DNA of 64,000 nt from Longimicrobiales bacterium (GTDB lineage: Bacteria > Gemmatimonadota > Gemmatimonadetes > Longimicrobiales > Gaopeijiaceae). The notes beneath the pieces are model-generated. The model searched no databases. It was not told the origin of the DNA and saw nothing but the letters and a program-made list of their open reading frames with translations. Of the stretch, positions 36,392 through 51,100 are shown one piece after another (the first letter of the stretch is position 1; each line of letters begins with the position of its first letter). The DNA lies in NCBI GenBank assembly GCA_965116905.1, contig OZ220732.1, positions 2,528,001 through 2,592,000 of the forward strand, written 5' to 3'. Position numbers and translations under genes: made by a program.

Positions 36392-38734
36392 TTGATCCGC
36401 TCCCACGCACTGCTCTCGACTGCCATCGCAGCCGCCGCCCTAGCACTCCCCGCACCGCTCCACGCCAGCTTCCTCCCACAACAGGCCGTGGGCTCGGGCG
36501 CCGCGTACGCCGATTCCGTCGCCCGCAACCTGCACGCTGCGGCCGTGGCGAACTGGCAGCGGCTGGACGAGTCGCTCGCGCACTACGCCGCCCGCATCGA
36601 ACAGCGAATGGCGGCGGCTGTCCGCACCCCCCTGAAGGACCGGGTGGTCTACCAGAGCGAGTCCGCGTTTCGTGTGCTGTGGCGACGCGATGCGGATCCG
36701 GTCACCCAGGTACTGGGGACTCGTACGCGCTACCCGACTCCCTCAGGCAGCGAAGCGAGGAACTTCCGCTGGTTGCGGGACATACCGTTTGACAAGCCGT
36801 TCGATCCAGCGGGCGACCGTCTCCTCTTCGGCCTGGCCAGGGAGGCTCCCGATTCGGGTGAAGCCGGGGCCGCTGCCCGGACCGAAATCCGCAACCTGGG
36901 TGCCGTAGGTCCTGCGGACGAGTTCTGGTTCGCACATCCATTGGCGGACGACGCGGAGGCCGTGTACCGCTTTCGCAGCGGTGACACCCTGACCCTCTCG
37001 CTCCCCGACGGAAGTCGCCTGAGGGCCGTGCAGCTCGATGTGCTGCCCCGGGAGTCGGACCCGCACCTGGTTTCCGGCACGCTCTGGATCGAACCCGGGT
37101 CCGGTGCCCTGGTCCGTGCGGTGTACCGGCTTGCCAGGCCCCTCGACATGATGAGGGAAAGGGAGCCGCAGCCCAATCAGGCCGGTCCGCCTCCCATCCC
37201 GCCCATGCTTAGACCGCTGATCATGAACGTGAGCTACGTTTCTGTCAGCTATGGGCTGTGGGAAGACGAGGTCTGGATGCCGTCGGCCATGCGATTGGAG
37301 GCGGAGATCAGGATGGGGGTTGTGAGGGTCCCCGTCTCCTACGAGATGTCGTATCGAATCGAAGAGGTCGGGGTGGGTCCCGGTGATCCTGCGGGCGTAG
37401 CCGAGGCCTTTATCGAGGGGTCGCTGGCGAGCGCGGACGCCGCATCCTACGCGGTCGTCGATCGGACGGACTCCCGAAGGGGGCCCGCGGGAACGCTGCT
37501 CGTGCCCGACGACCCGGCGGACGCCGAGACGAGCCCCCATCTGCCACCCCCGATCTGGGAAGAAGCCCCGGGATTCCACACGGTCGGCGAGGTGGAATCG
37601 TTCCTGTCGGCGCTGGCCGCGCTCCCCGCGGCCCCGCCCACCGCGGTCTCAGGCCGGTGGAGGCTGGACCTGCCGTGGGCTCGTGAAGGGCTTTTGCGCT
37701 ACAATCGGATCGAGGGACTGTCCGCCGGTGTCCATGGACAGACGGCTTTCGCCCACGGGATCCTGTTGGCCGCCACGGGGCGCATCGGTCTGGCGGACAT
37801 CCGGCCCAGGGCGCGGCTCGAGGTTGAGCGCGCGACGGTGTTGCGCCGTCTGTCGGTGGCGGCGTACCGCGGCTTGCGGGCGACCGATGAGGCCGGAGAC
37901 TACCTCGGTCCCGGCAACTCGGCCCGCGCCCTGTTCCTGGGCCGCGACTACGGGGACTACTACCAGGCCACGGGTGCCGAATTCGCATGGCGTCCCCCGG
38001 CTACCGCCCCGGAGTCGCTTCACTTCCGGCTCTACGGGGAGCGTCAGATGACCGTGGAGACGGAGGCGGCGTTCGCCGTCTTCAGGGCATTCAACGACGA
38101 CTGGAGCTTCCGGTCCAACCCCATTGTGGACGAGATCGAGGAGGCGGGTGCTGAGCTGCGGCTGTCGCCGTGGTGGGGAAGCGATCCGGCGGGTTGCCAG
38201 TTCGGGCTGGGCCTGTACGCTCAGGGCGCAACCTGGCGTCCGTTGCGCAACGATGCGTCTGCGGACGTTCCTGCAGGCGGCGAGGCGCTGACGGGCGACG
38301 CTCGCGACAACTACGTGCGAGCCAGCGCGGTCGCGCGAACGGTCATCCCCGTGTTCGGCGGCACCGGGACAACGTGGCGCTTGGGCGCGGAGGCCGGCGG
38401 CGGAACCACGTGGGGCGCTGCGCCCGTGCAGCGGGAATGGCCGCTGGGCGGCCCCCACACACTGCGCGGCTTCGTTCCCGGAGCCGCGTCAGGGCCGACA
38501 TTCGTGCGAGGCCGGGTGGAGCTGGCCCGGACCGGCAACACGTTGGGCGCCAGCCTCTTCGGCGACGCTGGATGGGCGGGCGACCGGGGGTCTTTCGATT
38601 CAGGCGATGTGCTGTCCGGGGTGGGACTCGGCGTCACCATCCTGGATGGGCTGCTACGGGTCGACCTGGCACGGGCGCTGAACGGACCGGATCCCCGGTA
38701 CCGGTTTCATGTGCACGTGGACGCGATCATGTAG
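36392..38734 (+). CDS. Hypothetical outer-membrane protein with C-terminal beta-barrel-like region
   Basis: Signal peptide; RYNRIEGLS, LGGPHTLRG, FGDAGWAG, GVGLGVTILDGLLRVDLA. Confidence 0.7.
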   Translation: MIRSHALLSTAIAAAALALPAPLHASFLPQQAVGSGAAYADSVARNLHAAAVANWQRLDESLAHYAARIEQRMAAAVRTPLKDRVVYQSESAFRVLWRRDADPVTQVLGTRTRYPTPSGSEARNFRWLRDIPFDKPFDPAGDRLLFGLAREAPDSGEAGAAARTEIRNLGAVGPADEFWFAHPLADDAEAVYRFRSGDTLTLSLPDGSRLRAVQLDVLPRESDPHLVSGTLWIEPGSGALVRAVYRLARPLDMMREREPQPNQAGPPPIPPMLRPLIMNVSYVSVSYGLWEDEVWMPSAMRLEAEIRMGVVRVPVSYEMSYRIEEVGVGPGDPAGVAEAFIEGSLASADAASYAVVDRTDSRRGPAGTLLVPDDPADAETSPHLPPPIWEEAPGFHTVGEVESFLSALAALPAAPPTAVSGRWRLDLPWAREGLLRYNRIEGLSAGVHGQTAFAHGILLAATGRIGLADIRPRARLEVERATVLRRLSVAAYRGLRATDEAGDYLGPGNSARALFLGRDYGDYYQATGAEFAWRPPATAPESLHFRLYGERQMTVETEAAFAVFRAFNDDWSFRSNPIVDEIEEAGAELRLSPWWGSDPAGCQFGLGLYAQGATWRPLRNDASADVPAGGEALTGDARDNYVRASAVARTVIPVFGGTGTTWRLGAEAGGGTTWGAAPVQREWPLGGPHTLRGFVPGAASGPTFVRGRVELARTGNTLGASLFGDAGWAGDRGSFDSGDVLSGVGLGVTILDGLLRVDLARALNGPDPRYRFHVHVDAIM

Positions 38735-38749
38735 TGGACAGCGAGCTGC

Positions 38750-39169
38750 CTATTGCGGAACCGAAGCCTCCACTGATCCGACGGACGTCCTCGGTTCGGG
38801 AATCGGACCACCGTCCTCGCGCAGCGCCTCGAGGTGGAAGACGACCGCCTCGTGGATCAGCTTCTCCGCGGTCTCGTAGGAGCCTGCCGCGGCGACACAT
38901 CCTGGCAGGTCTGGGACATGAGCTGAGTAGCCGGTAGGAGTCCGCTCGATGACGATCGCGTATTTCATGGACCTGCTCCCTTTTTCGAGTCCCGCCTGTC
39001 TGAGGATACTCTTCCAGGTCCCAGGGGCCAAGTCTTTGCTCATCCGGCCCGCGATGGTCACGGTTCCAGGTTTTTCCGGATGCCGATACTGCCGATGGCT
39101 TCCGCGCGTTCGGGCCAGGTACCAGCCGTTCGCGATCAGGAGGCGCATCGCATCTCTGACCTTCGCCAT
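38750..39169 (-). CDS. hicAB: In-frame HicA-HicB fusion with internal HicB start at 38968
   Basis: HicA motifs GWYL.RTRGSHRQYRHP...GTWKSILRQAGL run without a stop into MKYAIVIE...VPDLPGC...IPEP. Confidence 0.85.
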   Translation of the reverse strand: MAKVRDAMRLLIANGWYLARTRGSHRQYRHPEKPGTVTIAGRMSKDLAPGTWKSILRQAGLEKGSRSMKYAIVIERTPTGYSAHVPDLPGCVAAAGSYETAEKLIHEAVVFHLEALREDGGPIPEPRTSVGSVEASVPQ

Positions 39170-39295
39170 CGCCTTGGGTCCCCTGGTCAGGAAGGATGAG
39201 CCAAACGGTCCTCCGAGCCGCTGGCCTGCCTTTCGTCCGTCGACAGGGAATGATGGCGGTAGGCGCCGGGCGTCCGAATGGCTTGATGGGACTTT

Positions 39296-40435
39296 TCAAG
39301 AGCCGATCCCGAGTTCCGAGATGTCGTACCAGTCGATGGCCCGCTCGGCGATCCCGTCAGGTCCGGGCGCGCGTTCAACCAGAGCGGCGAAAGTCGCACC
39401 GAAGAGGTCGTAGCCCAGGAGACGATCCCGAATCCTGACTGTCCCGGCGTATTCGGTGCCGACCCAGACGTCAAGGTACGAGTAGAGGTCGCGATCGCGC
39501 GTGGTGCCGACCCACAGGCGGCCCTCGCTGTCGAAGTTGAAGGGGAGACCTCTGAGGAACCACATCTTGGGGTCTTCGCGGTATCCTGCCGCGTACGGCT
39601 CCATGGCCGACCGCGCCACCGAAACGCCGCCGGCCGCTTGCGCCATCGTTCCCGCCAGCCGCGCCAAGCCCTCCAGGTATTCGTCCACATCTCGCTGGTT
39701 GGGCAGTTCCTCGACGTAGGTAGGCGATGCGACGACCGTGGCCGTTGTGTCATCCCTGTGGTCGAAGAACACGAGGAGTTCCTGGCATGCACGAAATACG
39801 TAGCCGCCACGGGGATCCGGCATTCCCAGCATTACCGGACCGCACTCGATGTCGGCTGCTTCCGTGATCCCGGACCGTTCCCACACGACTTCCCCGGATG
39901 CGAGGTCGATCTCCATGTGGGCGGGCCTCAACATGTCCTCGGAGGACCTGGTCGAGAGTGCGGAAAAATCCACGTTCTTGAAGTGGTCGGTTCCGAAAAC
40001 CCGTGTCCCCAACAGCCCGCCGGGCATGAAGGCGCCCGGCATCGATACGGTGGACTCGTAGGTTCCGTCGGTGGAGAAGAAAGTGAGCCGCGCGAGCCTC
40101 AGGTCGACGACTGCGATAGTCCCGTTCGGGCCACGCTCCACGCGCGCCAGCGTCCGGAACTCCCCCGGTCCGTCTCCCTCACTGCCAAACACGCCGACGA
40201 TTGCGCCCGAGCGCTCGCCGCAGTGGACCTGAAACTCGAAGGAGTTGATGACACAGGCGAGATCTTCGGTGACAAGCGCAATGTCGTCGTTGTAGCTCAG
40301 CGGTGCCGGGGACGACGCGACAGGCTCCAGCGCAGTGACGGACTCTTCGCTGGACGGCGCATCACTCGACTGCTGCCAGCATCCGACTGTGGAAGTGGCT
40401 AGACAAGCGAGAGCGGGGGCGAGTCTCGTACGGAT
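39296..40435 (-). CDS. 6-bladed beta-propeller-like lipoprotein, apparent ATC start
   Basis: FGSEGDGPGEF, DSEGRLWV. The frame is open well upstream of the ORF-track start and encodes a lipoprotein signal ending TVGC, with no ATG/GTG/TTG. Confidence 0.75.
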   Translation of the reverse strand: MRTRLAPALACLATSTVGCWQQSSDAPSSEESVTALEPVASSPAPLSYNDDIALVTEDLACVINSFEFQVHCGERSGAIVGVFGSEGDGPGEFRTLARVERGPNGTIAVVDLRLARLTFFSTDGTYESTVSMPGAFMPGGLLGTRVFGTDHFKNVDFSALSTRSSEDMLRPAHMEIDLASGEVVWERSGITEAADIECGPVMLGMPDPRGGYVFRACQELLVFFDHRDDTTATVVASPTYVEELPNQRDVDEYLEGLARLAGTMAQAAGGVSVARSAMEPYAAGYREDPKMWFLRGLPFNFDSEGRLWVGTTRDRDLYSYLDVWVGTEYAGTVRIRDRLLGYDLFGATFAALVERAPGPDGIAERAIDWYDISELGIGS

Positions 40436-40497
40436 TCTGGTTCCTGGCAGGGGTATTGGCCCTGGGCTGGCGAGGGACAGAGAAGCCGGATTACTAT

Positions 40498-40526
40498 ATT
40501 ATTAGTAGTATCCGGCGGAGTGTCAA
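40498..40526 (-). promoter_or_regulatory. sigma70-type promoter of the propeller lipoprotein
   Basis: Minus strand TTGACA (40526-40521), 17 nt, AATAAT (40503-40498). Confidence 0.75.
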
Positions 40527-40533
40527 ACGCCCC

Positions 40534-42403
40534 TCATCCCTCCAACACCCCCACCGCCGCCTCCACCCCTGGTCCTCGGTGCGCGGCGACCTCCACGCCC
40601 GCCACTTCGCCCGCCAGCGCCGCCACCGTCTCCCGCGCGATCGCGATCCCTTCCGCGGCGGCGTGATCCGCACCGCGGGCCTCCGCCCGCCGCATCCGCT
40701 CCACCACCCGGTCCGGCAACACCACGCCCGGCACCTCGTTCTTGAGAAAGTGCGCGTGGCGGAGCGACCCGAGCGGCTGGATCGCGGCCACCACGGGGAT
40801 CCCGGGTCCGGGGCCGCCATCGCCATCCCCGCCGCCGCCCCGGTCGCCGTCCCCGATGCCCGCCAGGAACTCGAGCAGGTGGTCGGCGTCGAACACGGGC
40901 TGCGTCACCGCGAAGCGCGCGCCCGCGTCGACCTTCCAGTGGAAGCGGCCCACTTCGCGCGCGGGGTCGCGGGTTCCCTGGCGGAGCGCCACGCCCGCCA
41001 CGAACCCGGGGGGTGGGCCGATATCGTTGCCGGATGGATCGACCCCGCGGTTCATCGCGGTGACCACGTTGGTGAGGCCGATCGAGTCCACGTCGACCAC
41101 GGACCTGTAGTCGGGGTAGGGGGCCGCGCCGGGCGGGTCGCCGGTCAGCAGGAGCACGTTGCGCACCCCGGATGCCGCCGCGCCCAGGAGGTCGCTGATC
41201 ATGCCGAAGAGGGAGCGGTCGCGGCAGGTGTAGTGGGCGAGCGGCTCAGCCGGACACGATTCCGCGATCAGGCCGGCCAGCGCCAGGACGCTCAGCCGGG
41301 CCGTGCGGCGGTCCTCGTGGATGCCGATCACGCCGGCTCCGGCCTGGGCCAGCGCCCGGCAGTCGTCCAGCATCTGCGTCGTGTCCCAGCCGCGGGGGGG
41401 CAGGACCCTGGCCATGGTCACGAACTCGCCGCGCGCGAGACGGCGGCCGAGCTCCGAGCGTGACGCGAGCGGGGGAGGGGACTTGCGTGCGGCAGGCTCA
41501 CCCGCCGAGCGGACCACCCGGACCGAGGTGCGCTGCGGCTGGATCGCTCCCACAGCGTCGGCGATGCTGCGGATGTGTTCGGGGGTCGTGCCGCAGCAGC
41601 CTCCCACGATCCGCGCGCCCGCGTCGATGGCGCGCCGGGCGTATTGAGCCATGTACCCGGGCTCGCTGACGTAAATCTTGCGGTCGCCGACGGCGCGCGG
41701 CAGCCCCGCGTTGGGCACCGCCGCGAGCGGCATCCGGGTGACTTCGGCCATCCGTTCCAGGCCCTCCAGAATGACCGCGGGCCCCACCGAGCAGTTGAGC
41801 CCCACCGCATCGGCGCCCCATTCGTCGGCCGCGCGGGCCGCCTGTTCGGCCGTCGTCCCGTACTGGGTGACGCCGTCCTCGCCCACCGTCACCAGCGCGA
41901 TCACCGGCAGATTGCACCGCGACCCCACCGCGCGGAACGCCTGCCGCAGCTCGGTCAGGTCCGCAAACGTCTCGAGCACGAAGCCGTCGACGCCGCCCGC
42001 CAGCAGCCCGTCCACCTGCCGCCCGAAGTAGTTGCGGGCCTCTTCCAGCGATGTCGGGCCGAGCGGCTCGAGCCGGATCCCCAGCGGCCCGATGGCGCCA
42101 ACCACCGCCGCGCGCCCGGACGCGGTCCGCACGGCAATCGACGCGGCCTGCGCGTTGAGTTCCTCGGTCCGTTCGTCCAGCCCGTGCGATGACAGCTTGA
42201 CCGGGTTCGCGCCGAACGTGTTGGTCTCGATGATTTCGGCCCCAGCCCGGATGTACTGCTCGTGCACGCCCTCGACCAGCTCCGGGTGCGTGGCGTTCAG
42301 CTCGTCGTAGCAGACGTTCAGGAAGACGCCGCGCGCGTAGATCATGGTGCCCATTGCGCCATCCATCACGTGGACGCGCTCGCCGCCGAGCATCTCCCGC
42401 AGG

Positions 42404-42411
<8 letters not shown>
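40534..42411 (-). CDS. yitJ: Bifunctional homocysteine S-methyltransferase / methylenetetrahydrofolate reductase
   Basis: [29 protein letters not shown], then [21 protein letters not shown]; overlaps the metH stop. Confidence 0.92.
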
Positions 42412-46120
<3,709 letters not shown>

Positions 46121-46202
46121 CTTGTGTCCCGCACTTCCCGCCAGTCCGCCCGTGCGGAAGGGCCGACCCCTGTCCAGCGGGTCTGTGGTCCTCCCGGCGG
46201 GC

Positions 46203-46250
46203 GTGGCTTTTTAGCTGTTCGCTGGCCGCAATACGCCACAAATCGCCTTA
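46203..46250 (-). ncRNA. SAM-II-class riboswitch aptamer upstream of metH
   Basis: Minus strand GGC-GATTTG-TGGC-GTATTGC-GGCC-AGCGAACA-GCTAAAAA-GCCAC: SAM-II core blocks, with GTGGC/GCCAC pseudoknot complementarity. Confidence 0.75.
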
Positions 46251-46375
46251 CGCTTCGGCCCATCGCCGGTAAACGGCACAGGCCGTTGAAGTTGCAACGA
46301 TAGCGGAATCGGCGGGGGGATTCCAGCCGGGGAACCAACCGGTCGCACCGGTGTGGGCCGCCCCCCGCTCACAAC

Positions 46376-46431
46376 CCGTCGTGCTCATAGTTTAGCTTAG
46401 ATAATAACCTGAACTATGAGCAGCACGACGG
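46376..46431. repeat. Imperfect inverted repeat with AT-rich loop
   Basis: CCGTCGTGCTCATAGTTTAG ... CTGAACTATGAGC(AGC)ACGACGG. Confidence 0.85.
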
Positions 46432-46624
46432 CGTACACCGAGCACGGTTCGCTCGCGTTTGAGGACTGATCGCGGGCGCGTGTGGCTGAGCCGCTCCCAG
46501 GGCTGACCGCGTGCGGCGCCGGCATTTAGCGCGCCGTGCCACGATCCCGGTTAGTATTGGTGTTGTTGTGGAGTCGGCAGCCGACGGGCGGTGGGACCAT
46601 ATCGTGACCGGAGCAGAGCGGAGA

Positions 46625-48106
46625 ATGCGTCGACAGGCAAAGGACACTCCCACGGACAACCAGGTACCGGACACGTCTGGCGATCCGCCCCCGAACGGTC
46701 TCCGGATGTCCGCCCCGGCCATGCTCGACCTGGCCGCCAGGGCGGCCGAGGCTCTCGTCAGGCGCAGCGAGGAGTTGGACCGGACGGACGCATGGGACGG
46801 AGAGTTCCGTGACGAGCTTGTCGAGAAGCTCATGGAGGATCCACCCGAGCATGGCAGGGCTCCCGACGAGGTCCTGGAGCAGGCTCTGGCCGACATCTTT
46901 CCTCCGGCGCTTCGCCTCGACCATCCCCGCTCCTTCGGCTTCGTGCCGTCGTGTCCCACCTGGCCGGGCGTTGTCGCGGACTTCCTTGCCGCCGGCCACA
47001 ACGTCAACGCCTGCAACTGGCTCATCTCCAGTGGCGCCAGCCAGCTCGAATGCGTGGTCATCGACTGGTTTCGCGAATGGCTGGGCTACCCGGACACGGC
47101 CGGTGGGCTGCTGACGAGCGGTGGTTCGGCCGCGAGCCTGGACGCGCTCGTGGCCGCGAGGGAGGCCGCCGGATACCCGGAGCGCGCCAGCGTCTACATG
47201 AGCGATCAAAGTCACAGTGCACACCAGAGGGCCGTGAAGATCGTGGGCATCCGCCCGGAACACGCCCGAATCGTGCCCAGCGACGACCGTTTTCGGATCG
47301 ACATGGGCGAACTGGCGTCGATGGTGGCGGCAGATCGCGCCGCCGGACTGAAGCCCATTGCGGTGTGCGCGAACGCCGGCGCTACCGCGACCGGGGCCGT
47401 CGACCCGCTGGAGGAGCTGGCCGACCTGTGCGCATCGGAGGGCATGTGGCTGCATGCCGACGCCGCATACGGCGGGTTCGCCGTCGTGACCGAACGAGGC
47501 AAGCGGATCCTGCGCGGGATCGAGCGCGCCGACTCGGTCGTGCTCGACGCCCACAAGTGGTTCTTCCAGCCCTACGAAGTGGGCTGCCTCATGGTCCGTG
47601 ACATCTCGACGCTCGAGAAGCCGTTCGCGATCCGGCCCGACTTCCTGCAGGATGCGTTGTGGGGCTCGGGTCATCCCAACTTCTGGGACCGCGGCCTGCA
47701 GATGAGCCGCTCCGCGCGGGCGCTCAAGATCTGGATGTCGGTGCAGACCTTCGGGATGGCGGCCTTCAGGCGCGCCATTTCCAACGGGATGGATTTGGCC
47801 GCCCGTGCCCAGGAGTACATCGACGCAAGCCCCGTGCTGGCGTGCACGAGCCCCGCGTCGCTGAGCATCGTGTGCTTCCGTGTCGATCCGGCCGGCCGGG
47901 ACGTTGCAGACGACGATCTGGACGAGGTCAATCGCACCGTGCTGGCCCGCCTTTTCTGGGAGGACCCGGCGTTCATGTCCTCGGCCATGCCCCGCGGACT
48001 GTTTTCGCTGCGGCTCTGCATCGTCAACCACAACACCACCTGGGACGATGTCCGGGAGACGCTGGAGGCCGCCGAACGCTTCGGGAGGGATGCGCTCGGC
48101 GGCTAG
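46625..48106 (+). CDS. Group II PLP-dependent decarboxylase (aromatic-L-amino-acid decarboxylase-like)
   Basis: HPRSFGFVP, TSGGS, WLHADAAYGG, DAHKW, RALKIW; start uncertain. Confidence 0.9.
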   Translation: MRRQAKDTPTDNQVPDTSGDPPPNGLRMSAPAMLDLAARAAEALVRRSEELDRTDAWDGEFRDELVEKLMEDPPEHGRAPDEVLEQALADIFPPALRLDHPRSFGFVPSCPTWPGVVADFLAAGHNVNACNWLISSGASQLECVVIDWFREWLGYPDTAGGLLTSGGSAASLDALVAAREAAGYPERASVYMSDQSHSAHQRAVKIVGIRPEHARIVPSDDRFRIDMGELASMVAADRAAGLKPIAVCANAGATATGAVDPLEELADLCASEGMWLHADAAYGGFAVVTERGKRILRGIERADSVVLDAHKWFFQPYEVGCLMVRDISTLEKPFAIRPDFLQDALWGSGHPNFWDRGLQMSRSARALKIWMSVQTFGMAAFRRAISNGMDLAARAQEYIDASPVLACTSPASLSIVCFRVDPAGRDVADDDLDEVNRTVLARLFWEDPAFMSSAMPRGLFSLRLCIVNHNTTWDDVRETLEAAERFGRDALGG

Positions 48107-48149
48107 GAGCCGCCCGCCGGCTAGGGTTCCGCCCGCCGGCTAGGGTCCC
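48101..48149. repeat. 18-19-bp tandem repeat carrying both convergent stop codons
   Basis: GGCTAGGAGCCGCCCGCC / GGCTAGGGTTCCGCCCGCC / GGCTAGGGTCCC. Confidence 0.85.
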
Positions 48150-51100
48150 CCCCGCTTCTCCGGCCCCATCTGCAACGTTGCGAGCGCCGGAACGATCACC
48201 ATCAGCACGCCGGTTGCGGCGATGATCCCGAAGCCCAGTGAGGCCGCCATGGGAATCAGGAAGCGCGCCTGCAGGTCCTGCTCCAGGATGAGGGGGGCGA
48301 CACCCAGAAAGGTGGTCAGCGAGGTCAGGAAGATCGGGCGGAAGCGCGCCTTGGCGCCGCCGATGATCGCCTCTCGGACGGGCATGCCCGCGCGTCGCCG
48401 CTCGGTAATGAAGTCGATCATCACGATGGAGTCGTTGACGACCACGCCGCTGAGGCCCACGAAGCCGAAGATGGAGGTGGCGGCAATCTCGAAGCCCAGA
48501 AGCAGGTGGCCCAGCACCGCGCCCACCAGGCCGAACGGGATCGCGGCCATGACGATCAGGGGGCGGATGTACGAACGGAACGGGATCGCCAGCAACGCGT
48601 AGACCGCGAACATCGCGAGGGCGAAGCCACGGCCCAGAGCTCCCATCGACTCGGCGACCTCGCGGCGCTCGCCGGCGAACGAGTGCTCGAGGCCGGGATC
48701 CCTGGCCGACATCTCCTGCAGGACCGCGTCGAGCCGCTGTGTCGCGGGCTGTGTCGCAGAGGTTTGCGCGTCGGCCGTGACGGCCGTGACGCGGCTGCCG
48801 TCCTGGCGCCGGATCACGATGGGCGAATTCCCGAACCGCGCCGCCGCGACCTGGCCGAGGTGGACCGCGCCTCCCGTCGGGGTGCGAACCTGGTAGGTCT
48901 CCAGGTCGGCGATCGCGTTGCGTTCGTGCTCGGGAAGACGGGCATAGACGCGGACCTCCTCGCGGTCCCGCTGCAGCCGCACCACCTCCTCGCCGAAGAA
49001 CGCGGCGCGGACCTGGCGGGCCAGGTCGTCGAGAGCGAGGCCCAGCGTCCTGGCTGCGGGCTTCAGCTCCAGTTGAATCTCGCGGACCCCCTGGTCCTGA
49101 TCCGATCGCACATCGAAGATCCCCGGCCACCCGCGCAGGAGGCCGGCAACGGTATCCGTGACCGCGGTCAGCCGAACCGGATCCGGATGCGCGAGTTCCA
49201 CATGCACGGGGCGGCCCAGGTCGACGAGATTGGCGCTGAAGGACAGGCTGCGGTAGCCCGCGATGTCCCCGGCCTCGTCGCGCCAGGCCTGCTCAACGGC
49301 TGAAGCGGTAATGGTGCGGCGCTCGGCGTCCAGGAGCCTGAACTCCACCGTCGCGATGTGCGCGCGGGGTCCCGAGTCGGGAGCCCCGCCGGGACCCGTC
49401 ACGGCGGCCCCGAGGGTTGTCGGCGCCCCGCCCAGCGTGACTGCGACTCCGGTCAGCAGCGGTTCCGCTCCCGCGCCTGCTCCCGCGTCTGCTCCCGCGT
49501 CCGCCCCCGCGCCTGCCGCCGCGTCCGCCCCCGCGTCCGCCCCCTCCGACCGTCCGGTCGACAGCCGGTCGACGGCCCGCCGTCCGGCGTCCTCCAGCTC
49601 CTGCGCCACGCTCGCGGTGCGTGCCCGTGGCGTGCCCTCGGGCATTTCCAGGCTTGCGGTCACGAGGTCGCCCTCGACGGTGGGCGTGAACGCCACTCCG
49701 ACGATACCGGCCGGAATCATCGCGATGCAGACGATGAGGACGCCCGCTCCCCCCGCAATGACGATCCCGGGCCTGGACGTCGCAAAGCGCAGAATGCGAT
49801 CCAGCGGACCGTTGACGAACCGCTCCAGCCCTCGGTTCACGCGGGCCTGCACGCGCTTGTGGAGGCGGACCCGCGCGCGATTGTGGAGGCCTCGCTCCTG
49901 GAACCCGCCGGCCGGGAGTCCGGAGAGATGGTTGGGCAGCACCAGCAGCGATTCCAGCAGTGAGAACAGCAGCACCGAAATCACGACAACGGGAATCGCC
50001 TCGGCCATCGCTCCGACCGAGCTGGGGACGAAAAACAGGGGAAGGAAGGCCACCACGGTGGTCAGAACGCCGAATGTCACCGGTGCCCGCACGCGCCGCG
50101 CACCGCGGATTGCCGCCGCCAGCCCGCCGTGTCCCCGGTCGCGCTCCGCGGCGATGTTCTCGCCCACCACGACTGCATCGTCCACGACGATACCGACCGC
50201 CAGAATGAACGCGAAGAGCGAGGTCAGGTTGATCGAGACGTCGAGCACCGACATGACGGCCAGCGTTCCGACGAACGAGACCGCGATGCCTGCCGCGACC
50301 CAGAACGCCAGCCTGAGGTCCAGAAACAGCGTGAGCACGCCCAGCACCAGCAGAAGGCCCAGTAACCCGTTCTTGAGCATCAGGCCAAGGCGGGCGGCGA
50401 GGGGGTCCGCGTCGTTGCTCCACACGTCCACGCGCACCCCTGGCGGCAGTCCCGGGGCCACACTCTCGCGCAGCTGCCGCTCGACGGCTTCCGAGATGTC
50501 CAGAACGCGCTCGTCCGCGGTCCTGTAGACCTCGATGAAGGCGGCCGGCTGCCCATTGTAGCGGCTGACCAGTCCACCTTCGGCGAACCCGTCGCGCACT
50601 TCGGAGATGTCCCCCAGCCGAACCGTCGTGCCGTCGCTGCCGGCCAGCACGATGATGTTCTCGAAGTCGTGCTGGGTGTAGCTGCGGCCGGCGGTCCGGA
50701 TCCGGACCTGCTCGCCCGGCGTGTCGATGCTGCCCGCCGACAGCTCCAGCGTGCCGCTCCGGACCGCTGCGGCCACATCCGACAGCGTGAGGCCCAGCGC
50801 GTTCAGACGGCCGGTCGGCACCTCGATCGAGATCTCGTAGTCGCGCACGCTGCTCGTCCGCACATCCGAGACCGCCGGCAGCGACGAGAGTTCGTCCTCC
50901 ACGCGGTGGGCCAGCTCCTTGAGAGTCCGCTCCTGGACCTCCCCGTAGAGGGCGATCCGCATGACGCTGCGCCGGGACGTCATTTCTGTCACCGCGGGTC
51001 GCTCGGCACCCGCCGGGAGCGTCGGGATGCCGTCGACGGCCGCCTTGATCTCGTCCAGCAACCGGTCGGCGTCGGCGCCTCTGGCGAGTTCGGCGACCAC

